Source of the DNA: a virus
DNA length: 64,000 nucleotides
Virus record (IMG/VR): IMGVR_UViG_3300029319_000017
Coordinates: 1 to 64,000 of that record
Direction: 5' to 3' (one strand)
Below the pieces are notes generated by a model. It was given only the letters and a program-made list of their open reading frames with translations, made no database searches and was not told the DNA's origin. Positions 1 to 9,068 of the stretch are shown here, piece by piece (position 1 is the first letter of the stretch; the number at the start of each line of letters is the position of its first letter). The position numbers were made by a program, and so were the translations under genes.

Positions 1-1
1 T

Positions 2-91
2 AAATTTTATCCAAGTCATGTAACAGAAGTAGATCATTTGGAAGAGTTTATAGAATTCTTAAAACATTGTAATGGATTTGAAATATGGTAG
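2..91 (+). CDS. 3' end of a hypothetical phage protein (truncated by window start)
   Basis: Open frame from base 2 reading KFYPSHVTEVDHLEEFIEFLKHCNGFEIW*, TAG at 89-91; same strand as the downstream block. Confidence 0.6.
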   Translation, partial: KFYPSHVTEVDHLEEFIEFLKHCNGFEIW

Positions 92-183
92 AAACAGCAA
101 TCGTAAGCCTACTTGCAGGGATAGCAATAGGCTTTTATTTATGTATAATCGTTAATAATTGGATAAATGGAAATAACAAATAG
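85..183 (+). CDS. small single-TM peptide (32 aa)
   Basis: MVETAIVSLLAGIAIGFYLCIIVNNWINGNNK*; overlaps both neighbours; below the ORF-track size cutoff. Confidence 0.5.
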   Translation: MVETAIVSLLAGIAIGFYLCIIVNNWINGNNK

Positions 184-334
184 AATCAAATGGTGGTTAC
201 TATTAAAAATAAGAGGTAGAAAAGCAGCTACCTCTTTTGCAATAGAAATGCAACTTGAATATCTTAAAAAATATGATCGCAAGAAAGAAAAATCTTGGCA
301 ATATTGGAATGATAGATGCATGAAACCATGGTAA
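167..334 (+). CDS. small hypothetical protein (55 aa)
   Basis: MEITNRIKWWLLLKIRGRKAATSFAIEMQLEYLKKYDRKKEKSWQYWNDRCMKPW*; tiles with flanking + strand ORFs. Confidence 0.55.
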   Translation: MEITNRIKWWLLLKIRGRKAATSFAIEMQLEYLKKYDRKKEKSWQYWNDRCMKPW

Positions 335-345
335 AACTTAAAATT

Positions 346-465
346 ATGGATGAATATTTATTACTAGACTGTGTTAGTGAGTGTTGCGGAGCACCAGCTA
401 ACTCAGATCAAATGATATGCTCGCAGTGTCATGAACATTGTGATGTATATTACGAAGAAAACTAA
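346..465 (+). CDS. small Cys-rich zinc-finger-like protein (39 aa)
   Basis: MDEYLLLDCVSECCGAPANSDQMICSQCHEHCDVYYEEN*; CCGA...CxxCxEHC pattern; A-rich leader before ATG. Confidence 0.65.
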   Translation: MDEYLLLDCVSECCGAPANSDQMICSQCHEHCDVYYEEN

Positions 466-488
466 AATTAATTAAAAACCTTACAAAA

Positions 489-779
489 ATGTACACAGTA
501 ATTTATGAATGTGATTTACTAGGAGATCACACAGCGAATATCCTAGATCTATGTCAAATAGAAGAGCTAAAATTTAATAATGCATATGATGCAATATTAT
601 TTATTGAGGATTGTACAAATCCAATAACCAAGGTCGAGGAGATCATACCTTGGATGGCTAAGAATCAACAATACTTTAACGAGATTGAGCAAACAATAAT
701 GCCAATCAGTAAAGTAAAAGATGAAATAGCAAATATACATTTAATTACAAACACAAATGATTTCAAAACATTAATTTAA
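489..779 (+). CDS. hypothetical protein
   Basis: 96-aa ORF with A-rich leader, in operon orientation. Confidence 0.6.
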   Translation: MYTVIYECDLLGDHTANILDLCQIEELKFNNAYDAILFIEDCTNPITKVEEIIPWMAKNQQYFNEIEQTIMPISKVKDEIANIHLITNTNDFKTLI

Positions 780-798
780 ATATAAAAACAAGAATATT

Positions 799-1419
799 AT
801 GGAAAATAATCTTAATAGCGGCACAATAGAGGCCCTAACGCCAGGAAGCACACTGTTAATAAGTGCAAGACAAGTATCAGAAGGTACCAAAGTTCAATTA
901 GAATTTGCAGAGAAAATTAGTTCAGGTCCAAATAAACCAGTTAGTGCATTAGCATTATTAAATGCTAGTGATTCTAGATTTAGTTCTGGTGCTAGAAGAG
1001 CATGGATGACTGTAGAACCATCAGATGCAGGTAAAGCATTAGGTATTGATTTTACAGATGCAAATGAAAATTGGTATGAAACGGAAAAAGGTTTGATGTT
1101 GGATTTAAATATACTAAATCCAAGTGTAGATCTTAATGGAGTAGAATACTTCTTTAAGATGTATATTACAGAATCAACTGAAGGTACTGAATGGGAATTA
1201 GAAAATATAGAGAAAGCTGCAAAAAGAGCAGGTAAAGATGGTGATTACATCACACATGGAGGTGCATATATTTTCTCAAGAGGTAAAGTTGACCTATTTA
1301 AGAAAGGTCAAGAGGTTACTCACACAATGTTGGAAGCAGATACTGTACAAACGCAAGTTACTGCTAATCAAGGAGTTACAGCCGAGAAGGTTGATAAACT
1401 TGAGGATATAATTGGATAG
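799..1419 (+). CDS. hypothetical protein (206 aa)
   Basis: Long ORF with A-rich leader; no motif recognised. Confidence 0.75.
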   Translation: MENNLNSGTIEALTPGSTLLISARQVSEGTKVQLEFAEKISSGPNKPVSALALLNASDSRFSSGARRAWMTVEPSDAGKALGIDFTDANENWYETEKGLMLDLNILNPSVDLNGVEYFFKMYITESTEGTEWELENIEKAAKRAGKDGDYITHGGAYIFSRGKVDLFKKGQEVTHTMLEADTVQTQVTANQGVTAEKVDKLEDIIG

Positions 1420-1441
1420 TATAAATAATTTGTTTATAACA

Positions 1442-1473
1442 CTTGTTTGTTATAATAAATTTATTTATATTTG
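1442..1473 (+). promoter_or_regulatory. Bacteroidota sigma-70-type promoter (-33 TTG / -7 TAnnTTTG)
   Basis: TATATTTG at 1466-1473 matches TAnnTTTG; TTG at 1443-1445 lies 20 nt upstream; intergenic, upstream of the polA operon. Confidence 0.6.
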
Positions 1474-1534
1474 TATGGTATTACAGATTAGTAGTACTCC
1501 TACAATCTAATTATAAACCAATCAAATGTGTGTA

Positions 1535-1577
1535 AGTAGGGTGACATTTTAGGAATGAGTGTCACCCTATTATTTTT
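1535..1577 (+). terminator. stem-loop / putative intrinsic terminator
   Basis: TAGGGTGACA (1537-1546) pairs with TGTCACCCTA (1560-1569), followed by TTATTTTT. Confidence 0.6.
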
Positions 1578-1581
1578 ATAA

Positions 1582-1785
1582 ATGTTTAAGCTTAATGTTA
1601 TGGGACATATGAAAGAACTGTCTCAGATGGTCGAGGATGGATCATTTGAGCAAGAATTTATGCCTTTATATGAACAAGCTATGAGAGAAGGATACTCTTT
1701 TGTAACTTTTTATGGTAAGGCTTATCCAATTGACTATGCAGATGCATTAGTCAGCATATACAGAAAGACAAAAACACAAAAATAA
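1582..1785 (+). CDS. hypothetical protein
   Basis: 67-aa ORF ending 6 nt before polA. Confidence 0.6.
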   Translation: MFKLNVMGHMKELSQMVEDGSFEQEFMPLYEQAMREGYSFVTFYGKAYPIDYADALVSIYRKTKTQK

Positions 1786-1791
1786 AAACAT

Positions 1792-3684
1792 ATGATCTAT
1801 TATATTGGAAATAAAAGAGTCGTTGACGGCAAATGTTTTGAATACACAGACATGGAGTCAGCGGTTAAATACTTACAAGAACAGGCAATCTTGGGTGTAG
1901 ATACAGAAACAGAAGGTATGGACTTTACTTGTAAGAAAATGATAATGTTTCAAATTGGTGATGGTACAAATCAATATGTAATTGATACAAGATCAGAATC
2001 AATTGAGCCTTTACGAGATATATTAGAAAGCAAAAAAATCATAAAAATATTGCATAATGCTAAATTTGACTATAAATTCATCAAGAAATGGGCTAATATA
2101 GAGCTATCTGGTATTTATGATACATTTTTAGTAGAAAGAATAATACATTGTGGTAAAAAAGGTCAAAAATATGGGCTAAAAGACTTAGTTCTTAATTATC
2201 TAGAAGAAGAATTAGATAAAGAACCAAGAAATAAGTTCGTTAATCTACAAGGTGCACCGTATACAGATGTACAAATACAGTATGGTGCTAAAGATGTAGA
2301 ATATCTAATTAAACTAAGAGAGTTTCAGTTACCGCAAATAAAATCAAATAATTTAGAAGAGGTTCAAATACTAGAAAACGAAGCTGTATTGGCATTTGCT
2401 GATATAGAATATAATGGACTAGATTTGGATCAAAATGCATGGTTAAAACTAGACAGGGTAAATGCAGATAAAGCAAAAGAGTATTTTAATGACTTGGATA
2501 ATGCAGTGTTGCAAGATCCCAGACTCCAACCATTTGTACTTAAATATGTACAGGGTAATTTGTTTGAAAGTCAAGATACTTTGAGAAAAGTTGGTGTGAA
2601 TTGGGACTCGCCTATACAAGTATTAAAAGTTTTTAAGAAACTGATACCAGATCTTGAAAATGTTAATGGTAAAGAATTATATAAACATAGAAGATATGGC
2701 TTAGTTAGCAAATATATACGATACAAAGAATATATGAAACTTTGTACATCGTATGGTAAACCATTTTTTAAATACTTAAAAGGTGATGGTAAAATTCACA
2801 CTAACTTTAATCAAATATTAGATACTGGTCGTGTTAGTTCTAGTTATCCTAACATGCAACAAATTCCTGCTGATAACAGCTTTAGAAATTGTTTCATAGC
2901 TCCTGAAGGCTGGTCTTTTGTAAGTTCAGATTACACAAGTCAAGAATTGAATGTTATAGCCTTTGGTTCTAAAGATCCTGTTTGGATACAAGCATTAGAA
3001 GATGGACAAGATCTTCACAGTGTTTGTGCTGAACTAGTTTATAAGCAGAAATGGAGTGAGGCTGCTGAAGATGATTGCGCTTACGTTCGGGGGAAAGTTA
3101 AGTGTGAATGTCCTCAGCACCAAACTCTTAGAAACAATGTAAAAGCTATTAACTTTGGTTTGGCTTATGGTATGGGCCCACATAAACTAGCAGATACATT
3201 GCAAATAAGTAAAGATCAAGCTACAAAATTAATAGAAGAGTATTTTAAGGCTTTTCCTTCTATCAAAGGGTTCTTAGAAAGACTAGGTAACTTTGGTAAA
3301 CAATATGGATATATAAAAACTTTTCCACCTTTTAATAGAAAGAGATGGTTTAGTACATGGTATCCTAAAATTTGGAACAATAAGTCTTCTATGATGGAGA
3401 TTGGTAGTATTGAGCGTGCTTCTAAAAACACACCAATACAAGGTGCAAGTGCAGACATGACTAAACTAGCATTAATATATATTCACGAATACATAAAAGA
3501 GAATAATATTCCTGTTAAGATGGTAATGACTGTGCATGATCAGATTGATACTATATGTAATAATAGTTATACAAAAACATGGAAGAAGAAAATGACTGAA
3601 TTAATGGAAAAAGCTGCAAAAGTAGTAGTAACTAATGGCCTATTGAAAGCGGATACAAATATATCTAAAACATGGTCAAAATAA
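1792..3684 (+). CDS. polA: DNA polymerase family A with 3'-5' exonuclease
   Basis: ExoI DTETEG, ExoII HNAKFD, ExoIII YGAKDV; TGRVSS..PNMQQIP; motif A DYTSQEL; motif B RNNVKAINFGLAYG; NTPIQG; motif C VHDQ. Confidence 0.97.
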   Translation: MIYYIGNKRVVDGKCFEYTDMESAVKYLQEQAILGVDTETEGMDFTCKKMIMFQIGDGTNQYVIDTRSESIEPLRDILESKKIIKILHNAKFDYKFIKKWANIELSGIYDTFLVERIIHCGKKGQKYGLKDLVLNYLEEELDKEPRNKFVNLQGAPYTDVQIQYGAKDVEYLIKLREFQLPQIKSNNLEEVQILENEAVLAFADIEYNGLDLDQNAWLKLDRVNADKAKEYFNDLDNAVLQDPRLQPFVLKYVQGNLFESQDTLRKVGVNWDSPIQVLKVFKKLIPDLENVNGKELYKHRRYGLVSKYIRYKEYMKLCTSYGKPFFKYLKGDGKIHTNFNQILDTGRVSSSYPNMQQIPADNSFRNCFIAPEGWSFVSSDYTSQELNVIAFGSKDPVWIQALEDGQDLHSVCAELVYKQKWSEAAEDDCAYVRGKVKCECPQHQTLRNNVKAINFGLAYGMGPHKLADTLQISKDQATKLIEEYFKAFPSIKGFLERLGNFGKQYGYIKTFPPFNRKRWFSTWYPKIWNNKSSMMEIGSIERASKNTPIQGASADMTKLALIYIHEYIKENNIPVKMVMTVHDQIDTICNNSYTKTWKKKMTELMEKAAKVVVTNGLLKADTNISKTWSK

Positions 3685-3692
3685 TATAAATT

Positions 3693-4142
3693 ATGAAATA
3701 CGAAATAAATAAAGGACATCCAAGATACAAAGAAGCTATGCATATGATAGAAATTATGTGTAGAGCATTAGGAGTTAAAAAGGGTAATTTAATGGATTCA
3801 ACTCGTACAAGACATTTAGTTGATTATAGACGTATTTGTTATGTATTGTTAATGCAAAAGTTACAACTGCCTTTGCTACATATAGCTGGATATTTTGATA
3901 AGGATCATGCTACTGTACGACATGGTATTATGCAGCATGAAGATTTTTATCAATATGATAAAGACTATAGAGTACAGTTTGATTATGTTAAAACTATTGT
4001 AGATAAAAATGAGTATGTAGAAGAAGATGTTTATGATGTAATTAATAACTTATTATTAAGAGTAGAAATATTAGAAAGTAAATTAAAAAAAGTACAGCGT
4101 GGCCGTGCAATAGCATATGAAAAGGTAGCAGCTGGCGATTAA
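3693..4142 (+). CDS. DnaA C-terminal (domain IV)-like HTH DNA-binding protein
   Basis: R..CYVLL..L.LPL..IA.YF.KDHATV.HG resembles the DnaA domain IV signature (R..AMY..sl..IG..F.RDHTTV.HA); C-terminal coiled coil. Confidence 0.75.
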   Translation: MKYEINKGHPRYKEAMHMIEIMCRALGVKKGNLMDSTRTRHLVDYRRICYVLLMQKLQLPLLHIAGYFDKDHATVRHGIMQHEDFYQYDKDYRVQFDYVKTIVDKNEYVEEDVYDVINNLLLRVEILESKLKKVQRGRAIAYEKVAAGD

Positions 4143-4152
4143 AAATTAAATT

Positions 4153-4395
4153 ATGAAATCATTTTACACAAAAGAAATAAACGATTGGGTGCTAAATATA
4201 GCATATACATATGTACCAGCAATACCGTATTCTGATATAGGAAGCACTGTAGAGGTAGAAACTGTGAACTTAGAAAACAAAGAAAGCAATAACGCATTAC
4301 AAGTATTTGAAATATCAGATTTTTTGTATGAGTTTTGTCCCAATGAAATGTATGAATTAGAAAAAGAAATAACTGAATACCATGAAGATAATTAA
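4153..4395 (+). CDS. hypothetical acidic protein
   Basis: 80-aa ORF tightly packed in the operon. Confidence 0.6.
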   Translation: MKSFYTKEINDWVLNIAYTYVPAIPYSDIGSTVEVETVNLENKESNNALQVFEISDFLYEFCPNEMYELEKEITEYHEDN

Positions 4396-5581
4396 AACAA
4401 TGAGTAACTGTATAGAAATAAAAGATAAAGAACAGAAAAAAGCACTAAATGCGTGGGCTAAAGCTGGGTTTAAAGGGTCTGTAATTGCAGGTACTGGTTT
4501 TGGTAAGTCTCGTGTTGGTGTACTAGCCGTGGGTGAAACCTTAAGGAGAAACGAAGCGGCTAGAGGTATAGTTTTGGTACCTACAATACAATTGCAAGAA
4601 CAGTTTGAAGAAGAGTTTCACAAATGGAAGTATGATGATGTTCTAGATCGCGTTGATATTGTTTGTTATCAGTCTGCTTATAAATTACAAGAACAGTTTT
4701 ATAATATTGTAGTAGCAGATGAGATACATCTAGGCTTAAGTACAGAGCACTACAAATTCTTTGAGAACAATACATACGACAGATTACTGTGTATGACAGC
4801 AACTCAACCAGAAGAATTAGAATACAAAGCAAAGTTAATAACCCTTGCGCCTGTAGTTTATGAGTTAAGTTTAGATGAATGTGTAGGACTAGGACTAGTA
4901 TCTCCTTATGAGATCTACTGTGTGCCTGTAGAGCTAACAGCTGAAGAAGCTGCAGACTACAAAAAAGCAAATAACATGTTTGTTCACTATAAATATAAGT
5001 TAGGACAATTTGATGCTTTTAATGAGGCCAAAAGAATTATAGCTAGTAGTAGCGCACCTGGACATGAAAAACAATGGGCTGTGCTATTTTACAGAGCTAT
5101 AAGACAGCGTAAAGCTATAGTAGATTTTGCAATTAATAAAATTACTGCTATACAAAAGATAGTTCTTACTAATGTAAACAAAAGAATATTAACATTTTCT
5201 GGTGCTAATGATTTTACAGATCAAATCTGTGATGCATTGTCACCTCTTGCATTATCTTATCATTCTAAGAAAACTAAAAAGCAAAAAGAAGAAGCTTTGA
5301 GTTCATTTAGAAATAAAAAAGTCAATGTTTTGTGCTCTACAAAAGCATTAAACCAAGGCTTTGATGTACCTGATGCAGATTATGGTATTATATCTGGTTT
5401 GACTAGTAAGTCTTTGACTATGATCCAGCGTGTAGGACGTTTACTACGTTTTCAAGAAGAAAAAGTGGGTAAAATTGTTGTATTATATATAAAAGATACA
5501 CAGGAAGAGAAGTGGTTAAAGTCTGCAGTAAAAGGTCTAACTAATGTCAAATGGATTGACAAAATAAATGAAATAAATTAG
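4382..5581 (+). CDS. superfamily 2 (DEAD/DEAH-like) helicase
   Basis: Walker A GTGFGKS, DEIH, TAT, LNQGFDVP, QRVGRLLR; start could be the second Met at 4400. Confidence 0.93.
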   Translation: MKIIKTMSNCIEIKDKEQKKALNAWAKAGFKGSVIAGTGFGKSRVGVLAVGETLRRNEAARGIVLVPTIQLQEQFEEEFHKWKYDDVLDRVDIVCYQSAYKLQEQFYNIVVADEIHLGLSTEHYKFFENNTYDRLLCMTATQPEELEYKAKLITLAPVVYELSLDECVGLGLVSPYEIYCVPVELTAEEAADYKKANNMFVHYKYKLGQFDAFNEAKRIIASSSAPGHEKQWAVLFYRAIRQRKAIVDFAINKITAIQKIVLTNVNKRILTFSGANDFTDQICDALSPLALSYHSKKTKKQKEEALSSFRNKKVNVLCSTKALNQGFDVPDADYGIISGLTSKSLTMIQRVGRLLRFQEEKVGKIVVLYIKDTQEEKWLKSAVKGLTNVKWIDKINEIN

Positions 5582-5582
5582 G

Positions 5583-6122
5583 ATGAAATTAGAAATTGAT
5601 TTATCTTTACTAAAGGATATAGGCTTAAGTCCAAACGAATATATATTTCTCTATTGTGTGCATAGAAAAGCATACAATTATTTTAATAGCGAGTACCATC
5701 CAGTACAATTACAAGATAACGGATGGATTGTTTACGGTGAAGACGTTACTAAACACGTTATACAACAAAAATTTAGAGATCTATTCGTTAGTGACACAGA
5801 TGCTATGTTTGCAGAACTGTGTGCTGCATACCCTTTTAAAGTAGAATCCCCCACTCGTGGTGCACGGGTTCTACATGCAAAGGATCCAAAAGCAGCTAGC
5901 AACAAAAAAGCTAGAAATAAATATAAAAAGATTGTAGGTAACAAACCACATTTGCATAGACATATTATGCAATGTTTACAGTTACAACTTTCGCATGAGA
6001 AAGATAACTTGGGTTACCTACAAAACTTTGAAACTTGGATTAATAATCATACTTGGGAAAAGTATGAAGGTATGAACATAAAAGACATTAACGATGACAG
6101 AAGAATCACAAGACAGCTCTAG
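5583..6122 (+). CDS. hypothetical replication-associated protein (possible initiator/helicase loader)
   Basis: 179-aa ORF overlapping dnaB; N-terminal L..NEY.FL pattern and C-terminal YL..FETWIN..TWEKY, reminiscent of phage initiator C-termini. Confidence 0.55.
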   Translation: MKLEIDLSLLKDIGLSPNEYIFLYCVHRKAYNYFNSEYHPVQLQDNGWIVYGEDVTKHVIQQKFRDLFVSDTDAMFAELCAAYPFKVESPTRGARVLHAKDPKAASNKKARNKYKKIVGNKPHLHRHIMQCLQLQLSHEKDNLGYLQNFETWINNHTWEKYEGMNIKDINDDRRITRQL

Positions 6123-7053
6123 CTTATTTCAAGAAAGAGGTTTTCAAAGAATAGATAAGGCAGTTAATCAGTCGCTTAGTATTGTAAGAAATGCTATGCA
6201 TGGTAAACGAAGTGTCTATCCTACTAAATGGCCACGGTTAAATAAGAATTTACTTGGTGGTTTACAAGGTGGCAAGATGTATGTCATTGCTGGCCGTCCT
6301 GGCGTAGGTAAGTCTGCATTTAGCAATCAACTAGTGTTTGATTTATTAGATGTAAACTCAAACAAAGATATGATTGTATTGTATTGGAGTTTTGAGATGC
6401 CAGGTTATCAACAAGTTATGCGTAGTGCGTCTAAGAGTGTGAATAAGCAATTAGGCGATCTCTTATCTGTGGAGGCAAGACTAAAAGATGAAGAGTTCAA
6501 AGACTATGCCAACTCTGTGCAAAAGTTTAATAAATATCCTGTTTTCTTTAATAATATTCCACGTACTATGGAGTATATTAAACAAACTAACGAACAAGTA
6601 TTTATGAAATCTCCTAATGCACGAGTAGTCAATGTGTTTGACCACTCTAGGTTGATAAAAGGCCACAATGAACATACAGAACTACAGAAATTAAATGAGA
6701 TATCAAAAGGTTGCATGTGGATGCAGGCTAAAATGGATGTTATTAATATATTATTATCACAACTAAACAGAAACATAGAACAAGAGCATCGTGCTAAAAA
6801 TCAATACCAGCCACTCTTGACAGATCTATTTGGTGGTGACAGCATTGGTCAAGATGCCCATGTTGTAATGATATTAAACAGGCCATATGATATTTATGGT
6901 ATAACAAAAACATATTGTAATGAAGATCCTGTTGGATTACTTGCATGTCATATAGAAAAGAACCGTGATGGTTTACTAGGTATGATACCGTATGAAGCAG
7001 ACATGTCTACATTTACAATACAAGAACGTACAAAAAATGATACAAAAAGTTAG
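6094..7053 (+). CDS. dnaB: DnaB-like replicative helicase
   Basis: AGRPGVGKS, SFEM, DH, LSQLNR, DL..GDSIGQDAHVV, KNRDG. Confidence 0.95.
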   Translation: MTEESQDSSSLFQERGFQRIDKAVNQSLSIVRNAMHGKRSVYPTKWPRLNKNLLGGLQGGKMYVIAGRPGVGKSAFSNQLVFDLLDVNSNKDMIVLYWSFEMPGYQQVMRSASKSVNKQLGDLLSVEARLKDEEFKDYANSVQKFNKYPVFFNNIPRTMEYIKQTNEQVFMKSPNARVVNVFDHSRLIKGHNEHTELQKLNEISKGCMWMQAKMDVINILLSQLNRNIEQEHRAKNQYQPLLTDLFGGDSIGQDAHVVMILNRPYDIYGITKTYCNEDPVGLLACHIEKNRDGLLGMIPYEADMSTFTIQERTKNDTKS

Positions 7054-7897
7054 AAGAAAATCCTTTAAAATTAGACCATCAGGTAGATCTACTGACTTTA
7101 TATCTCCTAGCTTTGGCCATGGGTGTCTGTACAATTGTTCTTACTGTTACATGAAGCGTACAAAACCTACAGGGTTAAGTATTGCTACAAACACAGAAGA
7201 TATATTGACAGAGATCAATAGCCATGCATGGTTTGCACAAATGGATACAAGCAAACCAAATCAAACACACAAAACTTATGTTACTTATGATATTAGTTGC
7301 AACGAAGATTTTGCATTGCATGCTAAATATCATGACTGGCGTAAAATATTTGCATTCTTTAGAGATCATGACACAGCTATGGGTAGTTTTGCAACTAAAT
7401 ATGTAAACCCAGACTTGACGTTGTTTGATCCTAAAGGTAAGGTTAGAATTAGGTTTAGTCTCATGCCACAGCACAAAGCTGACATACATGAGCCTAACAC
7501 ATCTAAGATTATAGATCGTATAAAAGCTATAGATGCTTTTATTGATGCTGGTTATGATGTGCATGTTAACTACTCTCCTATTATAGTATATGATGGGTGG
7601 TTAGATGACTACAAAGATTTGTTTAATATGCTAAACGACTACGTAGATTATAAAGACGAGGTGTTAGCAGAGTGTATATTTTTAACACACAATAAAAATA
7701 GACATGAACACAATCTTTTACAAAATCCTAAAGCAGAAGATGATTTATGGAAGTCATCATGGCAAGAACCTAAGCAATCACAATATGGTGGTATGAATCT
7801 TAGATATAGATCAGGTCTAAAAAGACAATTTATTAATCAGTTCCTTGAAATGCACAATAAAGTGGTACCTTGGAACACAATCAGATACATTTTTTAA
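7037..7897 (+). CDS. splB: spore photoproduct lyase family radical SAM protein
   Basis: GCLYNCSYCYM (CxxxCxxC); DISCNED (equivalent of the SplB C141 region); FATK; RIRFSL; EPNTS..DRI.A....AGY.V....PII; C-terminal YGG..RY. Likely start ATG 7037 rather than 6992. Confidence 0.85.
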   Translation: MIQKVRRKSFKIRPSGRSTDFISPSFGHGCLYNCSYCYMKRTKPTGLSIATNTEDILTEINSHAWFAQMDTSKPNQTHKTYVTYDISCNEDFALHAKYHDWRKIFAFFRDHDTAMGSFATKYVNPDLTLFDPKGKVRIRFSLMPQHKADIHEPNTSKIIDRIKAIDAFIDAGYDVHVNYSPIIVYDGWLDDYKDLFNMLNDYVDYKDEVLAECIFLTHNKNRHEHNLLQNPKAEDDLWKSSWQEPKQSQYGGMNLRYRSGLKRQFINQFLEMHNKVVPWNTIRYIF

Positions 7898-7898
7898 C

Positions 7899-8597
7899 AT
7901 GGAATTACCAAAAACTAAAGTTGGAGCTTTACGTAAGTCTCCTAAAAATATGGTCATTTATGGCCCGCCTAAGATAGGCAAAACAACTGCATTGAGTCAA
8001 TTAGATGACTGTCTAATTATTGACTTAGAAGACGGTTCAGATATGATAGAAGCTTTAAAAGTAAAAGTTACTAATCTAGGTGAACTGGCTGAAGTTGGTA
8101 AAAAGATAATGCAGAGTAAAAAACCATACAAGTATGTAGCTATAGATACAGTTACAAAGCTTGAGGAATGGTGTGAGATAGAAGGCAAGAAGATTTATCA
8201 AAATACTCCTATGGGTAAAAATTTTGATAAGGATCAAAAAGGCGTTTCTGTCTTATCTCTTCCTAACGGTGCAGGTTATCTATATCTTAGAATTGCATTC
8301 AAAAGATGGGTAGATAGGCTGAACAAACTAGCAGATCACGTGATATTAGTTGGTCATCTCAAAGACAAGATGCTTGATAAGAAAGGGAAAGAAGTCTCTT
8401 CTAAAGATCTTGACTTAACGGGCAAGATCAAACAGATAACATGCGCAAACGCAGATGCTATTGGTTATATATACAGAGATAGTGAAAACACTATGATTTC
8501 ATTTAACTCACAAAATGATATAACTGCAGGATCTCGTTGTGATCACTTAAAAGGTCAAGACATGATGCTTGACTGGAAACAAATATTTATTGATTAA
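7899..8597 (+). CDS. AAA ATPase (AAA_24 / Sak4-like recombination ATPase)
   Basis: YGPPKIGKTT, IIDLEDG, AIDTVT, ADAIGY; likely start ATG 7899, 1 nt after the splB stop. Confidence 0.85.
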   Translation: MELPKTKVGALRKSPKNMVIYGPPKIGKTTALSQLDDCLIIDLEDGSDMIEALKVKVTNLGELAEVGKKIMQSKKPYKYVAIDTVTKLEEWCEIEGKKIYQNTPMGKNFDKDQKGVSVLSLPNGAGYLYLRIAFKRWVDRLNKLADHVILVGHLKDKMLDKKGKEVSSKDLDLTGKIKQITCANADAIGYIYRDSENTMISFNSQNDITAGSRCDHLKGQDMMLDWKQIFID

Positions 8598-8616
8598 TTT
8601 TTAAAACACATTTAAA

Positions 8617-9042
8617 ATGGTAGAAACTAGAATTAACCCTGATACAGGGAACACGGACTCAGCTACGCCTGAGACTATAACAACTTCAATGATCTTAGAA
8701 GATCTAGAAAACGGTATAGATCGTACAGGAATCAAAACTAAGTATAACTTAGAAGCTTGGGAAGTCAAGCAAATGTTTGATCATCCTGTACTAAAAGGCA
8801 AAAAAGCTAAAAGAGTAAAAAAGTTATCTTTCAATTTTGTTGATGACACTGTTCATACTGACCCAGACATATTGCCTGGCCAAACTAACTTAGAAGATCA
8901 AATACAGATAGAACAAGCAGAACGCTTAGAACCTATCAATGATGCTAAGACAGAAGAAGAGGTGTTTTATACAGAAGAAGATAAGTATAATGAATCTTTA
9001 GAGGCTCGTGCTGATGACTGGGCTAATGAACACAGAATATAA
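8617..9042 (+). CDS. hypothetical protein with acidic C-terminus
   Basis: 141-aa ORF with A-rich leader. Confidence 0.7.
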   Translation: MVETRINPDTGNTDSATPETITTSMILEDLENGIDRTGIKTKYNLEAWEVKQMFDHPVLKGKKAKRVKKLSFNFVDDTVHTDPDILPGQTNLEDQIQIEQAERLEPINDAKTEEEVFYTEEDKYNESLEARADDWANEHRI

Positions 9043-9068
9043 TAATAATAACTAAAAAATTTTATAAA

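Noticed and set aside
6992-7898. ORF-track starts at 6992 and 7845 (and likewise 42626)
   Set aside because: They create long overlaps; downstream ATGs at 7037, 7899 and 42605 give compact junctions and plausible N-termini.
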